The notes under the pieces are model-generated. The model was given only the letters and a program-made list of their open reading frames with translations. It made no database searches and was not told where the DNA came from. A stretch of DNA of 64,000 nt from Kudoa neothunni (taxonomy: Eukaryota; Animalia; Cnidaria): NCBI GenBank assembly GCA_964304625.1, contig OZ199838.1:4551354-4615353 (forward strand). Direction: 5' to 3'. Both the position numbers and the translations under genes were made by a program. Below are positions 25,700 to 39,972 of the stretch, piece after piece (the stretch's first letter is position 1; every line of letters begins with the position of its first letter).

Positions 25700-27811
25700 A
25701 CAACCAACTTTTATGCGCTCGCGTGTATATTCACATGTTTATTATGCACTATTATAATAAAGGACGTGGCTATTTGAATGGTTGAGAATACCTCCTAGAA
25801 TAGGTGAGATATTAGAAATTCGATTTTTCAATTACACTAGGCTATATTTATCCTAAAAAATTTTATAAATATTTGTTAATTATTTTAAATGGAAAATTTG
25901 TTTATTAAAACCATATTTAAATCATCTCTCATATATAAAAATCGTTCTTTTTCTTATTTAGTAACAGCATTAAATATTAATTTATGTTATCCCATGCCGA
26001 TTAATTCAAATTATCCACCAACTCGTACGTTACAAACTCCAATGAGGCATGCGTATCAGCTAACTTTTCCACTTAATTTCAATGGCTATAAATAGTAGAA
26101 AAAACTGAGGCTGCCAAAATACCTCTCACTTTTTTGAAGAAACTATGTTTTTAACCTTCGTTTGTCGGCATCTTAGCAATTTCCACATTTATGCTATTTT
26201 GCTTAAAACAATTTTATCGATTTCTTAAAATACTAGTTTTATTAAATTCAGCGGGCGTAACATTTTTTGAATCAATAATAAATCAACATTTTATCTTAAA
26301 AAAAGCTAATTTATTTCTTCTTGATGATTTTTTCGGAACCCAATAGCAGATACTCTACTCATTTTCCCCCTCCTTATAATTTTTATTTTGGATACTTCCT
26401 CCATAATAATATTAGATCAGTAAAGTGCCAGACGAGTATAATCCTGCTTGAAAGTTTTGTTGTTACTTATAGTATCATATGACTTTAAGTATTCGGCAAC
26501 CATTATACGTTTTCTTTCAAATCTGATGGATCTCAAGTAACAGAAGTACGATAAGAATTCTTGCAGAGTTGAAAATTATTTAACAACGCTTTCGATCTTT
26601 CAATTGTCGATTCCAATCTATCATTTGTGTAGTTTTTTAAATAATTTTCAGCAAAACTTAGCCCACATACTACGATTAGTTTCCATCTTTTATTAAAATA
26701 AATATCGGGATTGTAAAATTCGTGCCTATATAATTCATCACATATGGAAGCAATTTGATCGTTGCTAATATTACAAACCATTTCATCGAAACCGTTCATA
26801 ATAGGTACTAATTCTCTGAATTTATTCCATATATTCCTTTTTTATTTTCGCGTTGAAATATTTGACAGAGATAAAACCTACATATCAAAAAAGGAGCAGG
26901 TTCAAACATCATCTTAAGGCATTGGTATTTATCTGTTATTATTGTTCATATTTTTGTCTTCAGCCAAGGGGAAACATCAACTAATTCATTTAATAACCAT
27001 TTGATCGAATCTTCAGATTCATCATACGATACATGCACTTGTTAGAGTCAAGCTAAACGTATCTTTTATAGTCGTTATGAAGAAAGACACGCTAGAAATA
27101 AAGATAGACACATCTAGTATATTTCAATTTAAGTGAAGCGTGAGTTAAATAGTATAGTCCTCAAAAAAGGTATTCGCAGAGATTCACATGTTAAATGCAC
27201 CGTATACATTCAACGTATCCAAATGGTTTCGAGTAGAAAATTATTTCGCAGAATAATAAAATCTTTGAATTTTTTGATACAATTTAGATCAAACGAGAAT
27301 TAACGCTCAATGTAAGACAATTATTAAAATTGTGTGAGCAACGTCTAACACGACAATAATCAATTCCATTGCAGACAATCGAACTTAATCCACTATCATA
27401 TTGTGTATAAGCATTTATCAATGTTATTAAATAAGTAAGATACGATTTTGGTATATGAGAGATGGTTAAACTATGGTTTTAATTGACAAATTCTCCATTT
27501 AAAATTATTAAAAAAACTTATCAAATTTTGTAGGAAACATAAAGCCTATTGTAAATGTGAAATCAAATTTTTAACATCTCACATATTCTAGGAGATATTC
27601 CCATCCATGCATGTAGTCGATCCTACTTGGGGATTAGATGGATCCATGCAAATAGCCACTGCCAAAATTAAATGAACCGTTAATTAATAAATTCCCTCGA
27701 TTTTGTAATTTATTTCATTAGGTCTTAATATTAATTCAATTGGCATAAGGAAGCAACCCCGGTTAAAACTGCGACTTTCATTTAAAAACCTTACGATTGT
27801 ATATTTAATTA

Positions 27812-28446
27812 CTAGCGCAAAAACCCCGCTTCGCTTGGGTTTCCTTGCCCGACCACGCTGACTTTGGCCTGGAATAGACCAAGGTCATTTTATGTTAAAG
27901 TCAATTATAATTATTTTATCGTTTTTTTGATGACAAATTCGAACGAAATTGACATTAATAACCCGATCATCTTCATTTTCTTCTTTATTGGACTTTATTT
28001 TAATTTAGGAATCATGAGTTCTTGTAACTCGTGTGGCTTATTAATCTCCAATTTAAACAACAAATCTTCGTTTACACCGAGTCCCGCCTACGCATCAACG
28101 AATGTTGTAGAACGTGTTAACTTAGTTTAAAGTGTACATTGAGTAAAGTTAAAGTTTTAGTTGTATTCAAATAGTATAAATTAGAGGTATTTACACATAT
28201 CACTGAACATTATAGCGAATCACATGATAAAGTAATCTCATTATCATCAGCGCTAATCTGTTTACAAAAAGTTTACACTACAAATTCACCACTTTATAAG
28301 AATGCACACAACCCTGTTGTATTTTTGTAGTTAGTTTTGGGTTTTTTAAAGTATACTAAGAATCTCAAATAGTTCAAAAAGTCTCTGTATAAGGAGAAAA
28401 TTTGTGCATACACACACGGACACTACTACTTTATATAGTAGGAGGA
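27812..28446 (-). mobile_element. Non-autonomous Helitron-like element
   Basis: Minus strand begins A|TCCTCCTACTATATAAAG and ends in a GC-rich hairpin-like CCCAAGCGAAGCGGGG..GCGCTAG|T. Confidence 0.6.
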
Positions 28447-31109
28447 TAACATAGAATATAATATGATTAAAAAAAGACATCCTATACGCATTTATTAGGC
28501 AATTAATAGGGCGTTTAATCAAAAACCAACATTAACTCACATGTACGCGGACTGCTCGATTTGGTTAACTTTGTTATTCATAAAGAAATTTTTTGGTCAC
28601 GAATTTTTCATATAATAGATATTGGAGTGTAAATTTTAAGTATTTTGATTTTTCCGAATGTTATTTTGGTGTTATTATAATACATAATGACAAATTGTAA
28701 TAAAAAGAATAAATTAGTCAACGTAAGATGTCTTTATGAACGATTATTTAGGGATGAATAAAATTAATAAGATCTTGGAAATTTGGTGACTTAAAACTAT
28801 CCATAGATAGCTTGATATTAATGTAGTTAACTTTTCATGAATTTATCTATCTAACTAGTAAACAGTCTCGTTTCGACTTTTATTGAAAAGGGGAAAGAAA
28901 AAAGTTAAACCACGTAACTTATTATTAATTCAATTTATTTTATTTATATCCTGTTTCCCGTTTAATCGGCTGCTTTTTTCATGTTCGGCTTATTTTTGTA
29001 AGGAAATTAAGGAATATTGTAACGATATTTCCCCGCCTAAAATAAATCCATATTATAATTCCTTATTTGAAAGAGGTGCATAAGAAAAAATGGATCGAAA
29101 AACGCCGTCCTATACTATATTTAAAAACTTTTTATTTTTAGACTTTTGTAACAACTGTTCTTGTTAACTATTAACTACATGTTTTTATCTTTTAAATTTC
29201 AGTAAGCACACTTAATGTGAATTGAACTTATCTGTAGCTCAAAAGGCTAATTATTTTTTATAATTTAATGCTCGGATGAATTTTTGTTGGTTTTGAAATG
29301 AATAAAGTAACTCAGAATATCAATAAGAAATTGGAAAATATATTTTTTGATGATAAGTAAATAATACGGCTGGTCGGTCTGCAGAATCGAAAGAATTAGA
29401 AATCAATAATGACGTAGCTAACTGTGGGAAAAGTTTAGAGAAAATATTTAATTTGCGACTAAGCTACTTACTTTGATGCCGAAAGTGATGTCGATTTTAT
29501 GTCTCAAGGAAAGATGTGATCATTATCGTATGGTAAAACATCATCATTAAGGGGAGATTCTTGCTTGCTCAGTTATCTTCTATCATGGAAGTCATATACA
29601 AAACAAAATAAGTGGAATTAATGAACAATCAGAGGCGACTTATCACTCAAAGAAAATCATTTTGGCTATGAGCACGCAGAAAGATTATATCATTCGAAAT
29701 CTCGGGTCAGAGAGAAATGTGCAATATCTTAGCACTACTCTGTGAAAATGCTGTTGCAAGGTGATCGGAATTATAATTAAATTATAAATAGTAAAATAAT
29801 GTCGATTAGGGCATTCTGAGTTCTTTAGACAATGTTTAACACCGCATACAAAAGGCCGTTGGTTGTCGTAACATATTTTTAAATTAATCGGGTTTCCTAC
29901 TTTGTACTAATAAATCAATTTATGCAGCAACTAAACGAATTAATAAAACATTACTAAAAAAAGTATAACTAATTTCAGCGATGAGTATAAATATATTTGG
30001 TAATTATTCGATTAAACCGGTGGTAGAATTAATATATTTAGTATTAAATCCTGATCCGTTTAAATGAGGCTCAGGCAAATGGGTTATTTAGGTTAGATCC
30101 AAAAATTCCCTCACTGAATGGACGGTTTCTAAACAGTTAGAGGTAGTTTGTTGTGAATATAAAATGATGGAATCGATAAGCCTAACAAAGAGTACACTGA
30201 GAACATTTGCCAGTAGTAACGTGTAAAAGGCGTATTAAAATCTAGTGCAGTTGACTAACAACGAATGTAACCCAATAATCTTACTGGTAGCAACGATGAA
30301 ACACTTTAATACTATATGATTTGTGTTATATCATATACTAAAACATTTTCTAAAACATTAAATTATTTCATTTGCACCGTACATATAGTTGGAATATTCA
30401 AATTTAAACGTTGACATTATTATTGTTATTCTCTGCAATGTTGTCATCATAAAAAATAATGATAATAACGAAATTTTTGTTAGTGTTAAACTTGAGCAAA
30501 GCAAGTTTCAACCAAACGGTAAATGGACAAATGGGTGCATGGATAAATAGATAAGTGGGTGAGTGGATAAGGAAATTAGAAGTGAACAAATTCTCAAACC
30601 AACTTGATTGATCAATTGTAACAACGGATAATACGAATTGTGAAATAGATTGAGAACGATAGTGCACTAAATTATTAATACCATAAGAATGTGATCGATC
30701 ATCACAACTTAATGCTCTCAATTAGGCATTAATGGATCGGAACTTGTGGTTTCACACCTGTGCCAATATGTGGAACCGATAGGAAAATGACGCACGATGA
30801 AGGTTGTATTGTTGACTAGTTGGAAGAGATATTACAGTTATTATGGATTGCGATTGATTTTACGTTACCACCTAGGTTTAAGACTATTAGTGTATAATAA
30901 CACCAAGTTAGGAAGCATTCGAGTCGGAATCTATCTAAATCTCTACTTATCGATATCGTTATTCATATAAGTAGGTTTAAATTCAGGTTTAACTCTGCAA
31001 AAATATACATCTGGTGAATACACTTTGAGTGGTAATTCGATAAGACTCTATCTCAAATAATTTTGAAAGCAGTTGTAATCTGAAGTTGGCACCATTATTT
31101 CCTACCTCA

Positions 31110-34100
31110 ATGGAACTATCCACCGGCAATCCAAACTTTAGTAGCGATACGGTTCCGAAAACTGCCCACAGCCTGAATGTTGACATTAAGAGTCTTTTTG
31201 TGGATAATATAGACATCTCGGCCACGCAAATACATCTACAATGCCCAATACCAGTGTTTAGCGGCAATTATGATCGATTTACTACTGTGCTCAAGTTGAA
31301 ACATGAATATTTCAAATATTTAATATCGAATAATTTGATTGATACATCATCAGAAATTGAAAATGACGAATCCACATTAATGAACTGGTTTCTGGACAAC
31401 TATGTGCTTGTCAATAGCACTCTCAAGGACCGAGAAGTATCCACAAAATTAATCGGTAACAGAAAGTTCACTATAAAATCACGAAAGTCTAGCAGCAAAC
31501 CATTCAAACGTCTCAAACATGATTCTATCGGCATGCAACTTCAGAAAAACATTAAAAATGGGACCATTCTTGAAGATGATCTCACACTGGATTCGATACC
31601 ATCGAACGTGTATTGTAATATGGATTTGAATGATGTTCCGAGATTGACTGTGTTTGCAGTATCGAAACACCATTATAACATTAACAATAAGCAATCCTCT
31701 ATCGAAGATGACAAAGTTAGTCCCATTAATGTTCAAATAACTGACCCCACTAACTTTCATGATATTGCTACACATTTCACTTCAACACTGAACAAGGCCG
31801 ACCAAGATTGTCATTGGATGTTGGCTGCGGAATCATCCCCAAGAAGTGATGAGACGTTGACTGATACAAATGTGAATGAATCGGTGATGACACCGCTCAA
31901 CATCAAATATTCCAAAGTGTCCAGTTCGGATGATTTGCTCAATATTGACAATGTTACACCGGATATAATTAAGGAAAAATTGGCGTCTCGTTTTGCCGAT
32001 TTCAAAATATACACAGATTTTGGACCGATTCTCATTGTTCTCAATCCATTTCGATATCTACCAATCTACAATCCGCGTTACATGCAAAAATACAGCAATG
32101 ATTCACGTCTGTTGGCTCCTCACATTTTTTCAGTGGCTGCCAAAGTGTACGAGAAAATCCTCACCACCCAGACCAACCAATGTGTCGTGATTAGTGGAAT
32201 ATCGGGAAGTGGTAAAACTGAGAGTGCAAAATTTCTCATTCAAGAGCTGTTATTTATGGCCAATTCTGAACGTGAAACCTACATCGAATCAATAACTAAT
32301 GCAGCTCTTCAAATTTTAGAGGTATAGCTAGAAATAGTTTAACGTTGATCAATCTTTTCTAATATTCATTATTTGTGGTGTGTGTAGGGATTCGGTAATG
32401 CTGTTACCGAAAACAACGACAATGCTAGTAGATTTGGATTGGTCACCCAATTCAACTATTCCAAATTTGGACAGTTGGAAGAAACTAAATTTAGTCACTA
32501 TCTTTTGGAAAAATCCAGAATTACCAAACAATCTGTTAACGATCGAAATTTTCATGTTTTCTATTACTTAGAAAGTGGGTTGAAAGTGTCTCGAATCGAG
32601 AATGAAGATCTATTCGATAAGGATGTTGTTTTCAACTATCTCTCTAATGTATTTTTTGTGCTTCTTTGTTGAAATTTTATTTTCTTGTGTTTTAGGAAAC
32701 GAAGGAACAAAAATATGCTTTGAATATGCACCGAACCTTCAAATTTAAAGTCTTACATCGATGCTTCCAAACTCTGGGATTAGAAAATGTAGAGCATGAA
32801 ATCTACAAGATACTATTAGCTATATTATATACTGGAAATATTGAGATAAACCAGGAAAGCAACGATTTTAGTGCCAAGTTGGAAAATGATCCCGCCTTAA
32901 TAAAAGCGGCATCACTCTTGAAGGTTTGTTAGAATGGAGATTTTAGTTTTTTTGATGTCCATTTTCTAAAGATTAATGTAAATAACCTGATACAGTTTCT
33001 ATCATTTGAAAATATCACTATCAAAAAAGAACAAATGAGCGTCAAGTTAACGCCTGAACAAGTAGACATTTCTTTTTTTATATTTAGATTGAATACCAAA
33101 ACATTTAGTTTATTTATTTTTCATAAATTATCAAATTTTTATATAGGCTGTATACACTCGAGATGGGCTTGCAAAATCATTGTACGTATTTGTGTTTGAT
33201 TGGCTCGTTAGAAAAGTAATTCTAACAAATTATTTTAACTATGTTACGGAAACTAGCCGTCTGTTGTTTTATGTTATTCCAGCCTTTTTCGTTTAGATTA
33301 ATGAATTGTTGGCATCGCCATATGTGGCTATTCAAGCCAACGTTAGATCCATTTTGCTTCTAGACATATTTGGATTCGAAGACTATAAAATCAACAGTTT
33401 TGAACAATTCTGTATCAACTATGCGAACGAAGCAATGCAAAATTACGTTATGACTTCAATGCTGCAAGCAGAACAGGTAACGTTTGAGGAGTTTATTATA
33501 TAGCTTTACTTTTGCTAGGATATGTACATAAGTGAAGGTATAGCTGTGGATGCGGTCGATTATAGTGATAGTTTGAATGTGTTACAAATGATTGCCGGAA
33601 AACCTATTAGCATAATTAGTATTATTGTTGAGGAAAGTTTGTAATTTGGATGGCAGTTGTTTCGTTGGATCATCACTTTGTAGACTTTCGGTGGGATCTG
33701 CCGCAAAAATGAGGCAAAAAATTAATGATCAATTCAAATCTCATCCCAAATACATCCAAACTAACAATCCAATCACATTCGTTATTTCACACTATGCAGG
33801 TCCAGTGGTGTACGATCTCACTGTAATTTGTTTATTTACCTATCTGTTCATCATTCAAATTTGCCTGACTTATGATTTTATGAATATTATACAAATATTA
33901 TTTAGGAGTTCCGAACAAAAAATCTTGAAAGAAACTACTCCGCTATCGTTAAACTTATCTGCAGTAGCGAAAATAAAAACATTAAAGAAATAATACGTAT
34001 ACTTTAGTTTGGATAGCTAATATAAACTTTTCTATCAATTTTTAGTGAACTTTGATGCAAAAAAACAATGGAAAAAATTAGGATGTTTCATTCGAGCATA

Positions 34101-37100
34101 TTTTCAACTAACCAAAATGAAATATGACAATTCCACGCGTATTTTATTTAAGGAAGTCTTATGATAAATTTTTGGGGGTTCAATAGCGGATGAACACCAG
34201 GGTTTTGTCAAGACTATTACTCAGAAAAGCTCATTGAAGTAAGATATTTTGGTTCTTATAGAAAATTAATATATTTTTTAGAAATAGCGAAACGATTGAT
34301 GATGAGGTAAATTAAAAATTGTGCTTATTCTACTATAATCTTGACTATAACTTAATTAAATTTTTAACGGACTATAAATTAAAAATTATCAATCCCGTGC
34401 TTCTGTAATATAAAAAACTTTGATTGTGTAATTATTTAAAAAAGAACAATTTTTAACAAGTTTGATTTCGTGGATTTGAGAGTAATCGATTTTTATTAAG
34501 GTCATAAGAAATGAGTCCTCTAATGCGTGTGTTTCTAGTCGAGGCTCATCTAAATTCACGGTTCTGTCGTCATTTCAAGTGATTGCAATAACTGCATTAT
34601 TATTGTAATCTTTTCGATAGGAATCTTTGAATAAATTGTTGACTGTGTTGAACGAATGTGAATCTTGTTATATTTATTGTGTACGCTCAAACAAAACCAA
34701 AGAAGAATTTGTTTTGGATGCATCCTATTTCGCTATCCAACTCGAATACAGTGGAATATTTAAAGGATTGAATTTTTTGAAGAACACCTTTCAAAATGTT
34801 TTCGACTTTAACGTGATTGTTATTTTTTGTTTATATTTCTAGAAAATTTTTTAGGATTTTATCGAACGGTTTCCCCTTTTTGTTATCGACCCTTCCGAAC
34901 CTATCAAGGCCGTCGCCGACCTCAACAGGGTGTTTGGTTTTTATAAGTTTGAACCGAAAACCTATTTTGTAGGAAAAACAAAGGTATATTTCTCTCTTTT
35001 TAGAATAAAGTTGAACAGGCGCCAATATTGACATCTGTCAATGATTTCATTGGACATTTGGGGGCATTTTAATAAGGGTGTTTGATAATATAAAATGCTA
35101 TATGTGTTAACATGTATAAATGTTTCTGTTATGTTTTAGGTGTTCGTAATGGATTCTGCTATTAAAAAAATGGTTGAAATCAATATGAATTGGTATACCA
35201 AGGCTGTACATCTAATAGAATCATGGTGGGAAACCTACAGCGAAAGTCGAAAGTTTAAGGCCATCATAGAAAACACCATTATTCTGCAGGTTATTAGAAC
35301 TTTTTTCAAATGCAATCATTTTCACCGCCATACTTTAGAAGGTAAATTCTTGTTTACACATAAACAACGAAAAGACACAAACACCATCCGCTGAAATCGA
35401 TGAGCAAAGCACCGAAAATATAGTAGGATCACCGGATAGGCTTGATAGATCACAAGAACGATTGGTTTCATTTCTTTCGCCAGAAGCTATTACTCCTCAA
35501 ATTAAAGAAGCCTTCAAAAAAGTCATGTACAACGAATCCCGGGATGAGAATAAGCGCTCAGCAGCTGACACCTCAACTAGGTAAATGTATTGCTTTTGGA
35601 TATATCAACAAACTCTTTAATTATAGAACTTTTGTTCCATCTTCCGAAACTATTACACAATATCACTCTCTTAATGTTGACCTTGAAAACTCAGACGATA
35701 GTTGCGAATGCCGTAAATTCTCACTCAATTAAAAATATATAAACCTCAAAATTTATTGTTATTTTTTAGGCTTAGATGAAATCAACACAAAATTATCCTC
35801 GTCCAAAAGTTGCATTATTGACGTGGACAAATTAATTTGTGAAAGTGATAGTGTTGATGATGTAAATTATTCCAAACCGGAGAAGGGAAAATTTGGTACT
35901 ATAAGAAGTCAATATGATTCCCCATTAACAACAGATAATGCTTCCAAGGGTGATTACAATAGTGGAACCGTTAACAAATCATTCCGAAGTATTTTAAACT
36001 ACAAGAAAAAAGCCAAAGGTAAAGTTTTTCTATCTGATCTGTAAAATAACTTTTCCTGCATAGCTAAGGGCAAAACCAAACACGAGAGAGATAAATACAA
36101 CATAGCCTCAAGTTTAGCAACTGCCGGCAGAAAGAAGAAATCAATTAAATCAATGAAGAGTGAACATTCATACAACCGGGAAAGTTTAACTATTACCTCC
36201 TCCCAAACTCAGGATAAAAATCGGGAAATCATTGCTTCAGATCACGAAAATTTTTACGTTTTTATAAAATACATCCAAAAATATGTAAATTTTTATTTAC
36301 TATTTCCAAATTACATACCATAATGAAATATACTTTACTAAAAAAATATTGCACATGGATTTTTAATTTAGAACGCTATTAAAATATTGGAAACAATTTT
36401 TTAGATGTTATTCCTTCTAGAATATTATATTTTGTAATCTAACTTTAAATTCATAAAACATTACAAATATTGATTTTATTATTGTTAATAAATGTTTATA
36501 TCGAAGGCTTTCGCCAGCCAGGCCGGGACCACATTCAACTCTCCCAAAGATAATTTATTGTCAGTATTTTTTACATCACTGCAACGTTTCACGTCTGTCA
36601 ATCATGCTATATTTGTCAATGCCTTTCGAGTAACCCTAAAATATCCCGCCACTTTGTTACAACTGAATGACTTGATTTAGTTTTCAGAGCCCATTTACAT
36701 GACCGAAAGCGAAGCATCTAAATCATTCGAAGATATTCTCTCCAAAACTATAGCCGAACAGCAGTCTGAATTTCCCGTACATATAGGCACAAATTCATTC
36801 TCTGGGTTACTAAAATTGTATAAAAATGCGCCCAAAAATGAAATCACCCAACTAAAGGTAAAAAAATAATTCTGTACTACTGTATGATGAATTCATTGTA
36901 GAAAGACTTCAAAAGAGTTAAAGATAGTTTCGACCTCAGCAAATCAAATATTGTATACTTTGAAATTTCTATAGTAGGTACTAATTTATGATTGCTTTTA
37001 TAAAATAGACCAGCGAAGGCCATATGATGAATTGCTCTAATCCCTTTCCTGGAACCAATTTCTGCGAGGTGTGCAATAACCTTGTTTGGGATGATTCCTA

Positions 37101-37926
37101 CACTTGTGATAGTACGGACAAATATATTAGCGGTTAGAAAACAGCGAAATTTGTAATTTTTTTTATTTAGATTGTCATGTTGTTTGTCACAAAAGATGTA
37201 TTGTCAAGTTGAGTGGTTTGTGCTCACTAACTTCTGATTCCATCAACAACAATAAGGTAGCTCAGACAAACAAATAGTGATCTAAGCATGATTTAGTTTT
37301 TCCAAGTTGAAATCAGCTCGTTGTTTTCGCCGAAAAATTCTATACCAGAAAAATTGGTTTCAATGTTGCAAGAAATTGAGAAAAGATGTCTTAACACTGA
37401 AGGGATTTACAGACGACCCTGTAACATGGAAAAACTCAATCAAAGCAGAACAATTATAGACAAGAATCAACATGAAGCGATTGATTTTGGCATTTTTGAA
37501 CCATTGGTTCTTTCGTCACTGGTCAAGCTATTTTTTCGTCAACTACCGTCGCCATTGTTTTCACGTATAATCTCGCTCGAACTAACCAAAGCTGGAGACA
37601 TTGCTGACGACATTGAAGCACTTCAACGAATTCACCAGATTCTTTCCAAAGTCTCCAAACCTAACTATTTCGTACTGGAGCGTCTACTTGCTCATTTGGC
37701 CGCAATTGCTGAAAATGAACAGGTCAACAAAATGACCTCATATAATCTTGCCATAATTTTTGCACCTTGTCTCTTCGATTTTGAAAATACCGCAAGCATT
37801 GCCCAGTTAAAGTTGTTGGATAATCAACGAAGGTTTTCAACATCATAATGATTCTAGTTATGATTCCAATGTAGAGTTATTCAACTTCTGATTGATACAT
37901 TGGGGAAAAATTTACTTCGAATCTGA
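31110..37926 (+). CDS. MYO9: Unconventional myosin class IX (motor with loop-2 insert, degenerate IQ, C1, RhoGAP), more than 20 exons
   Basis: P-loop ISGISGSGKTES, switch I NDNASRFG, YLLEKSR, switch II LDIFGFE..FEQFCINYANE, loop-2 insert AKKQWKKLGCFIRAY, C1 domain H..CEVCNNLVW..C..CHVVCHKRC, RhoGAP EGIYR..NKMTSYNLAIIFAPCL. TGA at 37924-37926. Start and middle exons are approximate. Confidence 0.9.
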
Positions 37927-39972
37927 TCAGTTACAATGAAATTCTTGAAAATGTATAATTCAATTCTCTGCAGTATCATTATCTATTTTTTAGATCTAGC
38001 CTTAGTCACTTTTTGCATTTTTAGATGTATTAATAAATCTAACAAAATTGTATCAAAAATCCTAACAGAACCGTAGATTTTTTTAAAATTTGATTTTCTA
38101 CTGTTTAATACTAATTCATTTTTTTTCTTCCTTTTATTCAATCTCTATGATAGGACTTCCCAACTGGGTGTCCCAAACCCATACGGCCAAGCATGCCTCG
38201 TACGTAAGTAATGATTCATCGTAATCGGAATCTCTCTTGAACGTATATCATGTGCGATTTGTGCTCAATCGAAGCTGAAATGAATGCGATAAACAATAAT
38301 CATTTGATGAACCTTACTGAAAATTAATTTTCCTTTGTAATCTATTATTTTTCTATTAATTAATCTGTGATATAAAAATTATTATTCATTTTGGTCTTCA
38401 TTTGTAAAAATTTTTTGTTTACATTTTAAATCTGACATAAAAAATATTATTTTTTTAAAAGGACAAAAAAATTATAATTTCTATTATTTTAAATCAGCTA
38501 TAAGCCAAAAAAAGAAATATATTTAAATTAGAGTCAAAATTGAGTTTATTAAAATGTTTGTTGAGTTATTTTTTATTTTATACTTAAAGATAAAATCAAC
38601 ATGCACTCAAAAAATTATATAAACTAGAGCTTTGAATTCAACATTGATTAATACGTTTATTTCCTTCATTGAACTTTTAAATTTATAATTAAAAACAAAA
38701 GCAAAGCCCCCGGTCCGCGCATACGCGATGTTATCTGATATTTTTATTAGAATATTAAATATCTAATTTGTTTATAAATTATGATTTATTCATATCTTTG
38801 TTTGATAGAGGGTCTCATTCCGACTTGATTTTTTATCATAAAGACAAGAAATATGTTGATACATTCAATTTATTATCAGTTGTATTTACTCTTTTACATT
38901 TTTATCATCTTTAAAGTGGACTGCATTTTATTTTTCATTTAATTTAATTGAAATAGCTTCCGAAATTTAAAAATAAATCCGTTTTTTAATTTTTTTGAGA
39001 AAAGATGCGAAGTTGTCCTCATAAGTTGTTGGGGTGCATAAACTAAGATGAATCGGGAAACGTTGTATCAGATATCAAGGATCAAAAGGCCATCAAGGCT
39101 ATTTCATCTGCCATTAAATATATTGGAAAGTGAAGTAATTCCAATCCTAATGGAGAGTTTAATTTTAAAGATGAGCTAATAAATTTTTTCAAAAGACATC
39201 TTAAACGAAGTATTTAGTGTAATCAGCTGTGTAAAATAACATTTAATTCCGGATTTTAAAATTTTATATTACGTATATATGAATATATATGTTTTCTTGT
39301 CATTATTATCTATTGTTTTTCCTTCAAGTTTCTAAATTCATAGTTCGTTGGTAGGACAATTGATTAAGTTTAAATTGTGTAAATTGAATTGACTAATATA
39401 AAATATTTGGAACCCCTATTAGAAAATAAGTAAAAAATCTTTTATGGGGATACAAAAGTTGTCTTATGCATACGGATGTGTATGTGTTTGATTAACTTGA
39501 ATCCTCTTCCCTTTTTTGAAAATCGTTGGTCCTAAATTTTCCGGATATTCCTGGGTTTGACTGTATTAAGTGTATATAGGTAGCAGATAAATTCTCCAAG
39601 CGAGAATACTAGTTGGATATACATATCTACAAAATCCAATATTAAAATTAGGATTAAATAAAAATGCCAGTTGAAAAAATTATTTTAATTCGAACATATT
39701 TCATTTCGAGATTCTTAGTCGAGTAACTCAATGAGTAGATAAGGTAAGTCATTCAGACTAAAAGAACAAACACTTGATAGATAATATGTATTTTTAACGT
39801 TTCAGTTTAATGTACATTAAGGATGGAGTTTGTAGTTGATTAAATAGATGTTAAATAAATTCAGTTCGAGGATTTTACACATTTCAATGCTACCATCACA
39901 TTCGTAAGGTATTTTTTGATTGAATCTCAGATAATCTGTAAAATTGTTTTTCTAGATAACAAAGCAGATATA

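Larger units (their letters stand above)
23048..27663 (-). mobile_element. Second, older MULE of the same lineage with nested insertions
   Basis: Inverted ends GGAAGTGGCTATTGGCACGGATC and GATCCATGCAAATAGCCACTGCC. Minus-strand remnant (~26300-27150) reads SACI..DESEDSIKWLLNELVDVSPWL..TIITDK..LICRFYLCQIFQR..NYTNDRLES and aligns with the 19928 transposase. No matching TSD. Confidence 0.75.

Noticed and set aside
29380-29830. Possible Tigger remnant
   Set aside because: Only weak fragments (YGKTSSLRGD) and no convincing TIR pair.
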